Below, piece after piece: positions 50,484 to 62,514 of a stretch of 64,000 nucleotides of DNA. The DNA comes from Octopus sinensis (Eukaryota), in contig NC_043000.1 in the NCBI RefSeq assembly GCF_006345805.1, forward strand, positions 18,538,001 to 18,602,000, written 5' to 3'. The position numbers and the translations under genes were made by a program. How positions within the stretch are numbered: position 1 is the stretch's first letter; each line of letters begins with the position of its first letter. The notes under the pieces were generated by a model. It made no database searches. It was given only the letters and a program-made list of their open reading frames with translations, and had not been told where the DNA came from.

Positions 50484-50576
50484 TTTTCCTAACTTCCATT
50501 TGATGAATTTCAACTATCTTCTCTAAAAACTGAATGTTTTCCATCAACTTGTCAAGACTTTCCATGCTGCCAATTT
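50484..50576 (-). CDS. Internal 93-nt exon of the AZI2/TBKBP1-like gene; candidate TBK1-binding helix
   Basis: Strong acceptor tttctttctctttacag| and donor |GTATGT; phase 1-1; encodes EIGSMESLDKLMENIQFLEKIVEIHQMEVRK. Confidence 0.75.
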
Positions 50577-51211
50577 CTGTAAAGAGAAAGAAAAAACGAA
50601 AAAACAAATACAAACAAAAAAACAAGCCAGAAATGTTTATATTAATATCTCTCTTTTAAAAAATTTTTTACTACTACTACTACTACTACAATTATTACTA
50701 TTATTATTATTATTAAGGTATGCATAAGGTCTTCACAAGTAGAGTTTTGTGTTCCAAGAAGGAAAGGTATGCATAAGTGGACTGGCTACATCCCGTGTAG
50801 AGACCATAACCCATGGCCTCGTCTGGCACCTGTGCCGGTGGCACATAAAAAGCACCCACTACACTCACGGAGTGGTTGGCGTTAGGAAGGGCATCCAGCT
50901 GTAGAAACATTGCCAGATCAGACTGGGCCTGGTGCAGCCTTCTGGCTTCCCAGACCCCAGTTGAACCGTCCAACCCATGCTAGCATGGAAAGCGGACGCT
51001 AAACAATGATGAAGGTGGCAAAGCTGGCAGAATCGTTAGCATGCTGGGCGAAATGCTTAGTGGTATTTCGCCTGTCACTAAGTTCTGAGTTCAACTTTGC
51101 CTTTCATCCTTTTGGGGTCAACTAAATAAGTACCAGTTAAGCACTGGGGTTGATGTAATTGACTTAATCCCTTCTACCCAAATATGAGGCCTTGTGCTTC
51201 TAGTAGAAAGG

Positions 51212-51255
<44 letters not shown>

Positions 51256-51374
51256 CATCAGCATCATCATTATTCAGGCCTTGTGCCAATAGTAGAAAGG
51301 GTTATGATTATTACGATTATTATTATTATGAGATATTGGAGTGTAATTTCTAATCATTTGAGCACTGCTAAGTG

Positions 51375-52856
51375 TTCTCATCTGCTACAGATGAGTGGTT
51401 AGTGAGAGCTGTACAAGTCATGTACAGGGATGCTGTCAGTAATGTGAGGGTTGGTAATGAGTACAGTGAAGAATTCCGGGTAGGAGTAGGGCTCCACCAA
51501 GGATCAGTCCTCAGCCCCCTCTTATTTATCATAGTCCTTTAGGCAATAACAGAGGAATTCAAGACAGGGTTCCCCTGGGAGCTTCTCTATGCTGATGACC
51601 TTGCTCTAAAAGTGGAGTCACAATCAGAACTAGAGAAGTTTCAGGTGTGCAAGCAAGGTCTAGAATCGAAGGGCCTTAGAGTCAATCTAGCAAAAACCAA
51701 AGTCTTAATAAGTAGGAAAGCAGATAAACCACAAATCCCTTCAGGTAGATGGCCCTCATCAATCTGTAGAAAAGGTGTAGGTAGAAACTCCATAAGATGT
51801 AAGCAATGGATACATAAGAGAGGTGCAGCAATATCAAAGGAAAGCTAACAGGGAAGATCGATTTTGTGTGTGTCAAATACTCAGGTGCAATGAACACTGA
51901 AATTGTGCAGAAAACAGTCGCTGTCACATTCCTGGGGGTAAAACTACAAGTAGTTGATAGCTTCTGTTACCTAGGTGACCAAGTCAGCAGCAGGGGTGGT
52001 TGCTCTTAGAATGTAGCTGCTAGAATAAGAATAACCTGGGCAAAGTTCAGAGAGCTCCTACCTCGGCTGGTGACAAAGGGCCTCTCACTCAGAGTAAAAG
52101 GTAGACTGTATGATGCATGTGTGTGAACAGCCATGCTACATGGCAGTGAAAAATGGGCCATGACTGCTGAGGACATGCATAAGCTTGCAAGGAATGAAGC
52201 TAGCATGCTCTGCTGGATGTGTAATGTCAGTGTGCATACTCGACAGAGTGTAAGTGTCCTGAGAGAAAAGTTAGACATAAGAAGCATCAGATGTGGTGTG
52301 CAACAGAGATGACAGTGCTGGTATGGTCATGTGTTGCGTATAGATGAGGACAGCTGGGTGAAAAAGTGTCACACCCTTGCAGTTGAAGGAACCTGTGGAA
52401 GAGGTAGACCCAAGAAGACCTGGGATGAGGTGGTGAAGTACGACCTTCAAACGTTGGGCTTCACCAAGGTGATGACAAGTGACCAGGACCTTTGGAGATA
52501 TGCTGTGCTTGAGAAGACTGTAACTGTAGCCTATGCCAGTGCAACATAACAAGCCCATTTAAGAGCACCCTTCAATCATTGGGCAATAAACTGCACTTGT
52601 GAAGACCTGTTGAGGCAAATGAAGTCGTCATGGTTGATGACAGTACCACCTGATTGGCACCTGTGCTGGTGGCATGTAAAAAGCACCCACTACACTCTTG
52701 GAGTGGTTGGTGTTAAGAAGAGAATCCAGCTGTAGAAACTTTTCCAGATTGGATTGGAACCTGGTGCAGTCTTCTGGCTCGCTAGCCCTCAGTCAAACCA
52801 TCCAACCCATGCCAGCATGGAAAATAGACGTTAAATGATAATGATGATGATGATGA
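51375..52856 (+). mobile_element. RTE LINE: degraded RT plus 3'UTR
   Basis: GLHQGSVLSPLLF; ELLYADDL; KGLRVNLAKTK; multiple stops; (GAT)n tail. Confidence 0.92.
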
Positions 52857-53489
52857 ATACTAATCTGCTAAGTCATGTGCCTGGTGTACCCTTATCAGGT
52901 GAATAGTCATGATGGGTGCATTGGGCTTTATATATTTGTGTCCCAGTGTCACTTTGATGGCATGAGCTGCTCTCTCACTCAATAATAATATTAACAAAAA
53001 CAAGATACTATAACCAAAGGCGTTTCTTACTGAAGTTTTTGAGACAGTATATCTAAGACTGTATGTATTATCTAATGTGTCTTTCTTTCTTTTTTTTAAA
53101 ACCTCTGCATTGGATTTTATGTTTACAGCAATAAGGACTGAGAGGACAAACTTAGTACTGGACACTGCTGTGTCCAGTGCTGGTAGCTGTGTGGCACCTA
53201 GAACAACTGCCTTGTGTTGACTTATAGCTTGTGAATGGGATTTATGAAATAGTACTGCAGAAACCAATAGGTCAGAGTGAATTTGTAATTCAAAGAGCCA
53301 ACCAAACTGTGGAATAATTAGCCACTTACAAATTCAGAATCTAGAAAGTCCAGTTGATCAACCAAACAGAGTACTCATTGTCAAAACTGACAAGAAATCC
53401 ATATACTAAATAAAATGTTCAATTTGTGGCTGGCAGTCTTACAGAAACTTCTTCTGAAGGAGACCAGTGGCATCAGAGGAGCTTCCATA

Positions 53490-53915
53490 GGAAGTATGCA
53501 TCAGTCCTCTCCATACTCCTCTATGGAGCAAAGATGCAACACCTCTTGAAGACCTTGGCAAAGTGGCTCAATGGCTTAAATAGCAGAGCCTTGAGAACCA
53601 TTGAAAACATCAGAAGGTGCCATTACGTTTCCAACAAAGAATTGCGTGCACACAGGTTTCAATCTGTTTCAATCTGTAGCCTCCCATTGCATGCACTGGT
53701 ATGGACATGTCTTCCATCTCCTGCTAGATCACCATACCAGTGATATATTCTCATTCGATGGAGCAGCTGTGCGCTGGAAGAGACCTTGTGGAAGGCCCTG
53801 CACTAGCTGGCTGGATGTGATTAAGGAAGATCTCCAGAGACTCGACACCACTCTGTAAGGTGCACAGGGGCTGGGATGGGACTGCCAGCGATGGAGAGCA
53901 GTAGTGGACCTAGCT
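53490..53915 (+). mobile_element. Old RTE-like LINE C-terminal fragment
   Basis: VLSILLYGA...WYGHV...RPCGRPCTSWLDVIKEDL. Confidence 0.7.
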
Positions 53916-54118
53916 TGCAATTCTTTTGAGCAAATCTAATCTTAAAGGAAAAGGGGAAAAAAATTAACAACTCTAAAATTCAAAAATACATGATGCTATA
54001 TACTATTTATTAGCTGTGACGCTATGTGATACAAAGCACTTATCAAATTTAAAGAAATTAGGCATGAAACTTTAGGACCTTAAGTCACTTATGTAGCTTT
54101 ACAACAAATAATAATATA

Positions 54119-54259
54119 TAAGGTTGTCCCAAAAGTTCGTAGAAAGTCTTGGAAAATAATGGTCTTTATTTTGAGGAATAATTTTTGTTGTTTTTGTTAG
54201 TACTTGGCGAGTAAAAATTCAATTTTCGCAAGTGTTTATGAACTTTTGGGACAACCTAA
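54119..54259. mobile_element. mariner-type MITE
   Basis: TA|TAAGGTTGTCCCAAAAGTTC...GAACTTTTGGGACAACCTAA|TA. Confidence 0.85.
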
Positions 54260-54901
54260 TATATCATCATTATCATTTTAACACACACACACATATGTTT
54301 TTTGTTGTATTTTTCCTTTGTTTTTCTTTTTTGATCAACTATTTACTGTATGCGCACATGGACCCCTGGCCTTCCAACTGATTTTGGAGTACTTAATTCG
54401 CAGAATTCTTTCTACCATCAGATTACATTACCTTGTTTATTCGGAATATGCCATTTCTGCACCTTGATTGTGATTCATATCATCATCATCATCATCATCG
54501 TTTAACGTCCGTTTTCCGCGCTAGCACGGGTTGGATGGTTTGACCGGGGTCTGGGAAGCCAGGGGCCGCTCCAGGCTCCAGTCTGATCTGGCAGAGTTTC
54601 TACGGCTGGATGCCCTTCCTAACACCAACCACTCCGTGAGTGTAGTGGGTGCTTTTTACGTGCCACCTGCACAGGGGCCGGGGTCCGGCATCGGTCACGA
54701 TCGGTTCGAGCTTTTAACGTGCCAGCCAAGGCGGCGCAGGCAACGTTCGGATGGTCTTACCAGCACAGAGGCCAGTCGGGGCAGCGCTGGCATCGGCCAC
54801 GTTCGGATAGTACTTTTTGTGTGCCACCGGCACAGGCATCATATATATATATATATATATCAAGAACAATCTTACTTAGAAATGGATGCGTGCGTTCCGT
54901 C

Positions 54902-55238
54902 ATATAATAAATTAATAAATAAATAAAACATATGCATATATACATACATATATGTACGTACCTACCTCTACATGTATATATACACGCATATATGGGTACA
55001 GGACACCAAAAAAACGTCGAACACAATGAGGAACGTAAACATGAACACAAAACCAAGGAACTGGACATTTTTCTTAAACAACGAAAAAATAGAGCACAGG
55101 ACAAATAACACAAGGAAAATTCCCCTTCGTTTTTTTGGTGTCCTGTACCCATATATGCATGTATATATACATGTAGAGGTAGGTACGTACACATATGTAT
55201 GTATATATGCATATGTTTTATTTATTAATTTATTATAT
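54902..55238. repeat. Inverted repeat (~110-bp arms), probable Penelope-like fold-back remnant
   Basis: ~54902-55016 is the reverse complement of ~55128-55238; flanked by (TA)n. Confidence 0.75.
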
Positions 55239-55264
55239 ATATATATATATATATATATACATAC

Positions 55265-55296
<32 letters not shown>

Positions 55297-55340
55297 GAAT
55301 AAATAAGTGGAGTTTAACGCAGGTGTAATCAAATATTTTT

Positions 55341-55426
55341 ACTTTCGACACATGTTTCGAAAATTCCACTGATACTATTCAAAAGAATAAATGGTATAAA
55401 CAATGCAATCTTCTCCTCAGGAAAGT
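55341..55426 (-). ncRNA. Type I hammerhead ribozyme (GUC site)
   Basis: Minus strand: actttc-CTGAGGA-GAAGATT...AATTTTC-GAAA-CATGTG-TC-gaaagt; stem I extends to ~10 bp. Confidence 0.85.
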
Positions 55427-55689
55427 GAAAAAAGCGAAACTCGTCAATAAGACATTTTAGCAAAAAATGATGGATTTGTATAGCGATTGACAGAACGCTA
55501 TTAATATTGTTTAAAAAAACGTTATCTGATATAACGTCATAAGTAGCTAACAGAAAGAGTAGGGATACCAATAGTGAATACTTATATGCACTAAATGTAT
55601 GTTTACTTGTGAGATTTTTGCTACCCTGGTAACTATTTATTTATTTTTTCTGTGTTAATTGTTAACAAGGTAAAAATACACTCATCTAT

Positions 55690-55749
<60 letters not shown>

Positions 55750-55809
55750 TTTTAAAATATAAATATATGAAAGAATGGAGTTGAACGACGAATTAACAAA
55801 ATTCCTTTA

Positions 55810-55892
55810 TTTCCGACATATGTTTCGAAGGCTGCATATTCCTAATTGCAAAGGAATAAGGAGTATATTATGCTGCTTTCTCATCAGGAAAA
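55810..55892 (-). ncRNA. Type I hammerhead ribozyme (left arm, GUC site)
   Basis: Minus strand: ttttc-CTGATGA-GAAAGCAGCATA...TATGCAGCCTTC-GAAA-CATATG-TC-ggaaa. Confidence 0.85.
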
Positions 55893-55962
55893 GCAACTGG
55901 CAAAAACACACCTTTCAATCATATGAATAATGATATGATTGAAAGGTGTTTTTGCCAGTTGC

Positions 55963-56045
55963 TTTTCCTGATGAGAAAGCGGCATAATGTACTCCTTATT
56001 CCTTCGCAATTAGGAATATGCAGCCTTCGAAACATATGTCGAAAA
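55963..56045 (+). ncRNA. Type I hammerhead ribozyme (right arm, GUC site)
   Basis: ttttc-CTGATGA-GAAAGCGGCATA...TATGCAGCCTTC-GAAA-CATATG-TC-gaaaa; predicted cut after 56040. Confidence 0.85.
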
Positions 56046-56230
56046 TAAAGGAATTTTGTTAATTCGTCGTTCAACTCCATTCTTTCATATATTTATATTT
56101 TTAAAAATAACATACAAATTTCCACATGAAAGCACGTAACTTCAAATGTGTCTTCTCTGATGTGAATTTGCTACCCAGGTATCGGTTAACCGAATTATCC
56201 ATAACAAGATAATTCATTCTACTACTCAAA

Positions 56231-57418
56231 TCATCATCATCATCATCGTTTAACGTCCGCTTTCCATGCTAGCATGGGTTGGACGGTTCAACTGGGGTCT
56301 GGCAAGCTCGAAGGCTGCACCAGGCCAGTCAGATCTGGCAGTGTTTCTACAGCTGGATGCCCTTCCTAACGCCAACCACTCCGAGAGTGTACTGGGTGAT
56401 TTTATGTGCCACCGATACAGGTGCCAGGCGAGGCTGGCAGACGGCCACGCTCGGATGGTGTTTTTATGTGCCACCGACACAGGTGCCAGACGAGGCTGGC
56501 GAACGGCCACGCTCGGATGGTGTTTGTTACGTGCCCTCAGCACGGAGGCCAGTCGATGCGGTACTGGCTACGGTCACGCTTGGATGGTTTTCTTATGTGC
56601 CAGCGGCACTGGTACCACAAGGATACAAATTCCATTGATGTTCATCTATTTTGATTTGGTTTGATTTGATTTGATTTGATTTGATTTGATTGATTTTCAC
56701 TTGCCTCAACAGGTCTTCACAAGTGTCACAAGAAGGAAGGTATGCACAGGTGGACTGACTACGTCCCAGGTAGGTGCCACGGGTTATGGCTTCACTTGTC
56801 TTGCCGGGTCTTCTCACGCACAGCATACTTCCATAGGTCTCGGTCTCTAGTCATTTCCATGGTGAGACCTAACGTTCGAAGGTCGTGCTTCACCATCTTG
56901 TCCCAGGTTTTCCTGGGTCTACCTCTTCCACGGGCTCCCTCAACTGCTAGGGATTGGCACTTTCTCACACACCTATCTTCATCCATTCTCGCCACATGAC
57001 CATACCAGCGCAATCGTCTCTCTTGCACACCACAACTGATGCTTCTTAGGTACAACATTTCTCTCAAGGTACTAATGCTCTGTCGAGTATGTACACTGAC
57101 ATTACACATCCATCGGAGCATACTGGCTTCATTCCTCATGAGCTTACGCATGTCCTCAGCAGTCATGGCCCATGTTTCACTGCCATGTAGCATGGCTGTT
57201 CGTACACATGCATCATACAGTCTGCCTTTTACTCTGAGCGAGAGGCCTTTAGTCACCAGCAGAGGTAAGAGCTCCCTAAACTTTGCCCAGGCTATTCTTA
57301 TTCTAGCAGTTACACTTTCAGCGCACCCACCCCCACTACTGACTTGGTCACCTAGATAACGGAAGCTATCAACTACTTCTAGTTTTTCCCCCTGGAAAGT
57401 GACGGAAGTTGTTTTCTG
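56231..57418 (-). mobile_element. Young 5'-truncated RTE LINE (open C-terminal ORF plus 3'UTR)
   Basis: EVVDSFRYLGD...LYDACVRTAMLHGSETW...RLRWYGHV...GRGRPRKTW, uninterrupted; (GAT)n tail. Confidence 0.93.
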
Positions 57419-57591
57419 ATATATATATATATATATACGTACAGACATACACAACCACTTTACTTTATGTTTTGAGTGGTTCTTCTGCAGTCAGTAAAAC
57501 CAAACCTATGACAGTTATGTCCCTTAGATAGAAAAATGCTTGCAAAATGCCTGTCCAATGCAGAGGAGAAAAACGTAAAATATCTACTAAC

Positions 57592-58036
57592 CTTTACTAG
57601 TAAGAGAAGTATTAGGAGTTGTTTCCACACTATGGCTTTGCAGTTGTGATCTGAGTCTCTGATTTTTAGTCTTCTCAGCTGCTAATTCCTTTTTCAGTTT
57701 ACTGACTGCTTTGTGTAGCGTGTCGACTTCACTTCTGCGCTTCATTTCATCAGGATTATCAGAAGGCAAACCTTTCATTTGCTTCATCCCTCGTTCATCG
57801 ACAAGCTTCAATAAATCTTGATATCTTGTATTGAGTTCGTTATACTTCTTCTTCAGTTCTTCGTACGCATCTTTTAGAGCAGACATAGAGGTTATACCAA
57901 GGGATGAAGTAAGATTTTGTCGTGATGCTGACAGAGTAAAGGTGATATTTGGACTTGCGGCAGCAGCATCAGAAACATCATCTTCGTTTGGTATTATACT
58001 AATATCATCATCTTGGCACACATTGTAACTGCTCAT
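57592..58036 (-). CDS. First coding exon of the AZI2 (NAP1)/TBKBP1 (SINTBAD)-like TBK1 adaptor; coiled coil
   Basis: Acceptor tttttccag|cata ATG. N-terminal DDDISII and ALKDAYEELKKK resemble AZI2 EDDICIL/ALVTAYEDIKKR and TBKBP1 EDDISIL (recalled sequences). Donor G|GTTAGT in phase 1. Confidence 0.8.
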
Positions 58037-58067
58037 TATGCTGGAAAAATAGAAAATATAGATATAC

Positions 58068-58457
58068 TCTTTTACTCTTTACTCTTTTACTTGTTTCAGT
58101 CATTTGACTGCGGCCATGCTGGAGCACCGCCTTTAATTGAACAACTCGACCCCGGGACTTATTCTTTTGTAAGCCCAGTACTTATTCTATCGGTCTCTTT
58201 TGCCGAACCATTAAGTAACGGGGACGTAAACACACCAGCATCGGTTGTCAAGCAATGCTAGGGGGACAAACACAGACACACAAACATACACATACATATA
58301 TACGACGGGCTTCTTTCAGTTTCCGTCTACCAAATCCACTCACAAGGCATTGGTCGGCCCGGGGCTATAGCAGAAGACACTTGCCCAAGGTGCCATGCAG
58401 TGGGACTGAACCTGGAACCATGTGGTTGGTTAGCAAGCTACTTACCACACAGCCACT
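58068..58457 (-). mobile_element. SINE family A, just upstream of the splice acceptor
   Basis: Reverse complement of 18422-18820. Confidence 0.9.
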
Positions 58458-58891
58458 ACATACATATATATAATATTTTATAAGCTTAAAGCTTATAAGC
58501 AATCACTATGCAATGACTAAAGAAAATAGTTTAATATTGGAGAATATAAGACCTTGATGGAAAAAAGTAAGGTTCACTTTCTATGCAAACGAGAACCCTA
58601 CTTTTTTTCCATCAGCACTAGTGTTGCAAATATTATCGAACATTTACACTCAATGTATTAGCTTAGCTTGTTTGCCAGTAGGCTGCAGTTTGACATGGTG
58701 GAGATGACTCTCTCAAAGCACTGGGTGTTAAAAGACATAAAAGACGTAGACAGGTGTGACAACTCACCCCAAATCCCATTCAGGAGTGATGGACAATGTT
58801 GAAACATCAATGTCCAGCGTTGAAAATGGCTGGTATAGTGAACTAAGGGCTATAGTGAAAGCAAAGGATAACTAGTTTGAATTGTAAATAT

Positions 58892-59279
58892 AGGCATAGG
58901 AGTGGCTGTGTGGTAAGTAGCTTGCTTACGAACCACATGGTTCTGGGTTCAGTCCCACTGTGTGGCATCTTGGGCAAGTGTCTTCTACTATAGCCTCGGG
59001 CCGACCAAAGCCTTGTGAGTGGATTTGGTAGACGGAAACTGAAAGAAGCCCGTTGTATATATGTATGTGTGTGTATAAGTTTGTGTGTCTGTGTTTGTCT
59101 CCTCAACATTGCTTGACAACCGATGGTGTGTTTACGTCCCCGTAACTTAGTGGTTCGGCAAAAGAGACCAATAGAATACGTACTAGGCTTACAAAGAATA
59201 AGTCCTGGGGTTGATTTGCTCGACTAAAGGCGGTGCTCCAGCATGGCCGCAGTCAAATGACTGAAACAAGTAAAAGAGT
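58892..59279 (+). mobile_element. SINE family A
   Basis: Matches 18422-18820. Confidence 0.9.
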
Positions 59280-59720
59280 ATGTGTAAAATATTGTCAATA
59301 TATAACAACCTGTAAATTCTCATTAACCTCACCTGTTTCCAAGGAAACCAATTTCCCCCCATGATCAGATGTGGCTTTTTTTCCATAGAAGATTGCCAAT
59401 GAACAACACCAATTGTATGATGGTGATATTTGTTTACAACCATCATGTGATGTTAAGACAAGGAAACACACACACACACAATGGTCTTCTTTCACATAAT
59501 GTTCACATTAAAGTAAACATTTTCTTTTAATTCATATATTAAACAAGCAAATGCAGTTTTCTTCAGTTTGAAATACATACAGTATGTTATTTTATTATTT
59601 TGCCGAGGCATAGCAATACTAAGAACCTGGTGTTAGAACTCAACATATATATGGTTCATAGCAGTAATAAGAAATAGAATAAATGACTAGGGAATAAGAA
59701 ATTATGTTATGAATTTCATT

Positions 59721-59801
59721 AGCTTACAGCTGTTTCTGCTATACGATGCAATGCATTCATAGATGAGTGCTTGTGTATCATCCTATAGTTTCATCAGAGC
59801 T
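59721..59801 (-). ncRNA. Type I hammerhead ribozyme with extended stem II (GUA site)
   Basis: Minus strand: agct-CTGATGA-aaCTATAGGATG...CATCGTATAGca-GAAA-CAGCTG-TA-agct. Confidence 0.75.
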
Positions 59802-60529
59802 TCAAAAATGAATTGCAACTATATTTAGTAAAGGCAAAAATAATAAAAGCTGTGAACTACTCAGATATATCTTATTACTGTGACTAGGTAAAAAAAAAAA
59901 AAAGAGTTGACAGTGAATAAGAGAACAAATTAGTATATAACAGAAACATGGACATCAACTTTCACATAATATCTAAAATAATACTATTGCACGAAATTAA
60001 AATGAGAAAAAACAACAGACAAAACGGCAAGAAAATAATTAACACAAGCTTATTGGGTAAGAAGCCAGAAGAGTTTTGCTGGTAAGCTTAACATTAGTTT
60101 TTCCATACAGGTAAGATATCAACAGATTTATAAGTCAGATCTCCTTGTTCTTTAATACTGCATCATCATCTCTTCAAAGCTCAGTGTTATCACCTGATCT
60201 ATTTTTACTATATGTACTCTCAAATCCAATAAGTATCTTCTATTCATAGTTGGCTTCGCAATGTCTCTAATTCCCTATCAAGAAAGCATGAATGAATTGA
60301 ATCACACTCAATTCAAAGTTAATATTAACCATCTGACACCAGGCCACATTCCTAGTGCCCCCATCCCAAACATAGACTTCTTTCTGAAGCAAATTCAAAG
60401 TAACTGCATTTCACAATTAAAACTAACCTAGCAAACCCATTATTTTGTTGTTTTAACATGAATCGCCACCCCATTATTGCCCCACTTTTCTTCAACATCT
60501 CCTTGGAACTTTCCACTGCTCCCAGGGGA

Positions 60530-61040
60530 GCAATTCTCCTTCATGGCAGCGAGTCATGGCCAATGAGGATGGAAGATATTAAGCGACTAGAATCCTTCGA
60601 TCACCTCTGTCTACGCTGCATCCTTCATGTCCGATGGCATCACTTTGTCTCCAACAATTCGGTGCGACACCAGTGCACAATCACCTCCCTCCGACAAGTC
60701 ATCCTTACAAGATGTCTGCGTTGGCTGGTTCATGCCCTCCGTCATCAACCAGGAGAATTCATCTACGAAGCAATTGTCCCAGCTCCTCTTCAGGATTGGC
60801 GAAAGCGATGTGGTGGACAACGAAAAACCTGGCTGATGACAGCCAAGGCTGATCTGGAACCCAACCTAGGCCCCCATGTCTACGGCGTTCGCCGCTGGAA
60901 TAAGGAGTGGTTGGAGATCATGCAGTTGTTAGCCTCAAATCGCCAGGCCTGGTCAGCGTTTGTGAGAGATGCAGCATTGAGGATGAATGAAACCAGCTCA
61001 ACCCACCCCGGGTGAATGCTGTCTCAAGACAAGAAGAAGA
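60530..61040 (+). mobile_element. RTE (BovB-like) LINE 3' fragment
   Basis: ILLHGSESWP...FDHLCLRCIL...LRWLVHALR...GGQRKTW. Confidence 0.85.
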
Positions 61041-61890
61041 GGGGAGCAATACCACCCACTTTGGGAACCACTGCTTTAAACCAAACTCTGTCAAGACAGG
61101 CTGCTCTGCTTCAGGAGTTTAACCCTTTAGCATTCAGATTAGTTGGTCAAATATAATGCTTACATATTGTTTTTATTACAGTTTTTGATTAATCATGCAT
61201 TATCTCATTAGTTTCAAGATTTCGATGATGATGATGATGATCATCATCATCGTTTAACGTCCGTTCTCCATGCTAGCATGGGTTGGACGGTTCGACCGGG
61301 GTTCTGGGAAGCCAGAAGGCTGCACCAGGCTCCATCTTATCTGGCAATGTTTCTACAGCTGGATGCCCTTCCTAATGCCAACCACTCCGTGAGTGTAGTG
61401 GGTGCTTTTTACGTGCCACCTGCACTGGTGCTAGGCGAGGCTGGCATCGGCCACGGTCGGATTGGTGCAGTCGAGGCGGCACTGGCTTATATGGTGCTTT
61501 TTACGTGCCACCGACACGGAAGCCAGTCGAGGCGGCGCTGGCATCGGCCACGATTCGGATAGTGCTTTTTATGATGATGTGATTGTTTTTTTAGAAAAAG
61601 GGGTTGGATCTGGCCAATGTGAACATAAAACAGGTAGAATATTTGGGCTTGATGTGGCTGATTTAAATGGTATCAACAAACAAGACAACCATTTCACTTA
61701 AGTAATCCTAATGCATTCAAGAAAGGAGTCATAGTTATATCTTGGAGAACAGCTGTTATACAGCAGGTTCTCATTTAAATGTTTCTTATAATTTGTTATT
61801 TGCTCAGAGATAAAAGCCTTGTTCGTAATAGGGGCAGTAGTTCATTCAGCAACTTCTGACTTACATCAAAATGTTATTTCTTGCACTATA

Positions 61891-62297
61891 GGCACAGGAG
61901 TGGCTGTGTGGTAAGCGGCTTGCTTACCAACCACATGGTTCCAGGTTCAGTCCCACTGCGTGGCATCTTGGGCAAGTGTCTTCTGCTATAGCCTCAGGCC
62001 GACCAATGCCTTGTGAGCGGATTTGGTAGACGGAAACTGAAAGAAGCCTGTCGTATATATATATATGTATGTGTGTGTATGTTTGTGTGTATGTGTTTGT
62101 CTCCCTAGCATTGCTTGACAACCGATGCTGGTGTGTTTATGTCCCCGTTACTTAGTGGTTCGGCAAAAGAGGCCGATAGAATAAGTACTGGGCTTACAAA
62201 GAATAAGTCTCAGGGTCGAGTTGCTCGATTAAAGGCGGTGCTCCAGCATGGCCACAGTCAAATGACTGAAACAAGTAAAAGAGTAAAGAGTAAGAGT
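61891..62297 (+). mobile_element. SINE family A, followed by a partial older copy (62317-62490)
   Basis: Matches 18422-18820. Confidence 0.9.
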
Positions 62298-62514
62298 AAT
62301 TCTATCATGTATCATAGGCGCAGACAAGGCTGTGTGGTAAGAAGCTTGCTTCCCAGCCACATGGTTCTAGGTTCAGTTCCACTACGTAGCACCTTGCTCA
62401 AGTGTCTTCTACTATAGTTTTGGGCTGACCAAAGTCTTGTGAGTGGATTTGGTAGAAGGAAACTGAAAATAGCCCATTGTGTGTATATACACATACACAC
62501 ACACACACATTTTT

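Larger units (their letters stand above)
55749..56106. repeat. Near-perfect ~360-nt fold-back carrying one hammerhead on each strand
   Basis: Arms ~55749-55924 and ~55933-56106 differ by only a few substitutions and small indels. Confidence 0.93.

Noticed and set aside
52860-53310. Possible extra adaptor exon (minus-strand ORF ...GATQLPALDTAVSS...)
   Set aside because: I found no strong phase 1-1 acceptor/donor pair, and the three-exon model is already in frame.
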